Shown in pieces: positions 63,781-64,000 of a stretch of 64,000 bases of DNA (position 1 is its first letter; each line of letters begins with the position of its first letter). The notes beneath the pieces are model-generated. The model saw nothing but the letters and a program-made list of their open reading frames with translations. It was not told the origin of the DNA and did no database searches. Origin of the DNA: Lama guanicoe (taxonomy: Eukaryota); the NCBI GenBank assembly GCA_013239625.1, contig MU053606.1:62001-126000 (forward strand), written 5' to 3'. Made by a program: the position numbers and the translations under genes.

Positions 63781-64000
63781 GTTATTCTTAGGATGTGTTG
63801 GAGCCTACGTGATTATCAGTCTAAAGGAAATAGATATAGTAATGGGTTGACATATTTGAAGAATAAGGTAACCACAAATCAAAAGCATACAATAGAGTCA
63901 CAAAAAAACCAAAAAGAAACAAATAAAATGGCTTAAAGCCTTAAATATTAGACAAGACACTATAAACTTCTCTCAAGAAAACATAGGCAAAACATTTGAC
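63781..64000 (+). mobile_element. LINE-1 fragment: inter-ORF spacer joined to late ORF2
   Basis: 63781-63920 resembles spacer 5765-5890; then aaaatggcttaaagccttaaatattagacaagacac..gaaaacataggcaaaac. Confidence 0.8.

Noticed and set aside
1..64000. CRISPR arrays, prokaryotic operons, rRNA genes
   Set aside because: The sequence is mammalian and shows no repeat-spacer arrays or rRNA-like tracts

Overview
Mammalian genomic DNA, probably camelid judging by the tRNA-derived SINE and L1 subfamily sequences (recognised from memory, not by search). It has four assembly gaps (8713-9030, 19704-20501, 33438-33506, 63479-63780). I find no intact protein-coding gene. The first 21 kb is dominated by three plus-strand LINE-1s: a full-length young copy with target-site duplication (TSD), a decayed L1MB-type copy, and a second young copy truncated at both ends. 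From 21.06 kb to about 40.4 kb lies an intron-containing minus-strand fragment of ANO6/TMEM16F with five exons matching human exons 4-8. Every exon carries a stop or frameshift, so it is a duplicated pseudogene. Next comes a GC-rich array of ~130-bp units in mixed orientation forming overlapping palindromes, a CpG-rich TATA-containing segment and a tail-to-tail LTR palindrome. Then follows a four-exon plus-strand RALGDS-derived pseudogene with no GEF domain and a hydrophobic tail, apparently the remnant of a tandem family with a ~3.64-kb period. The rest is ancient repeats (L2, MIR, MER2, MER33, MER21-like) and simple repeats. The window looks like a mosaic of duplicated segments whose junctions fall in truncated L1/LTR elements. 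Repeat boundaries are approximate; exon boundaries were read from splice signals.
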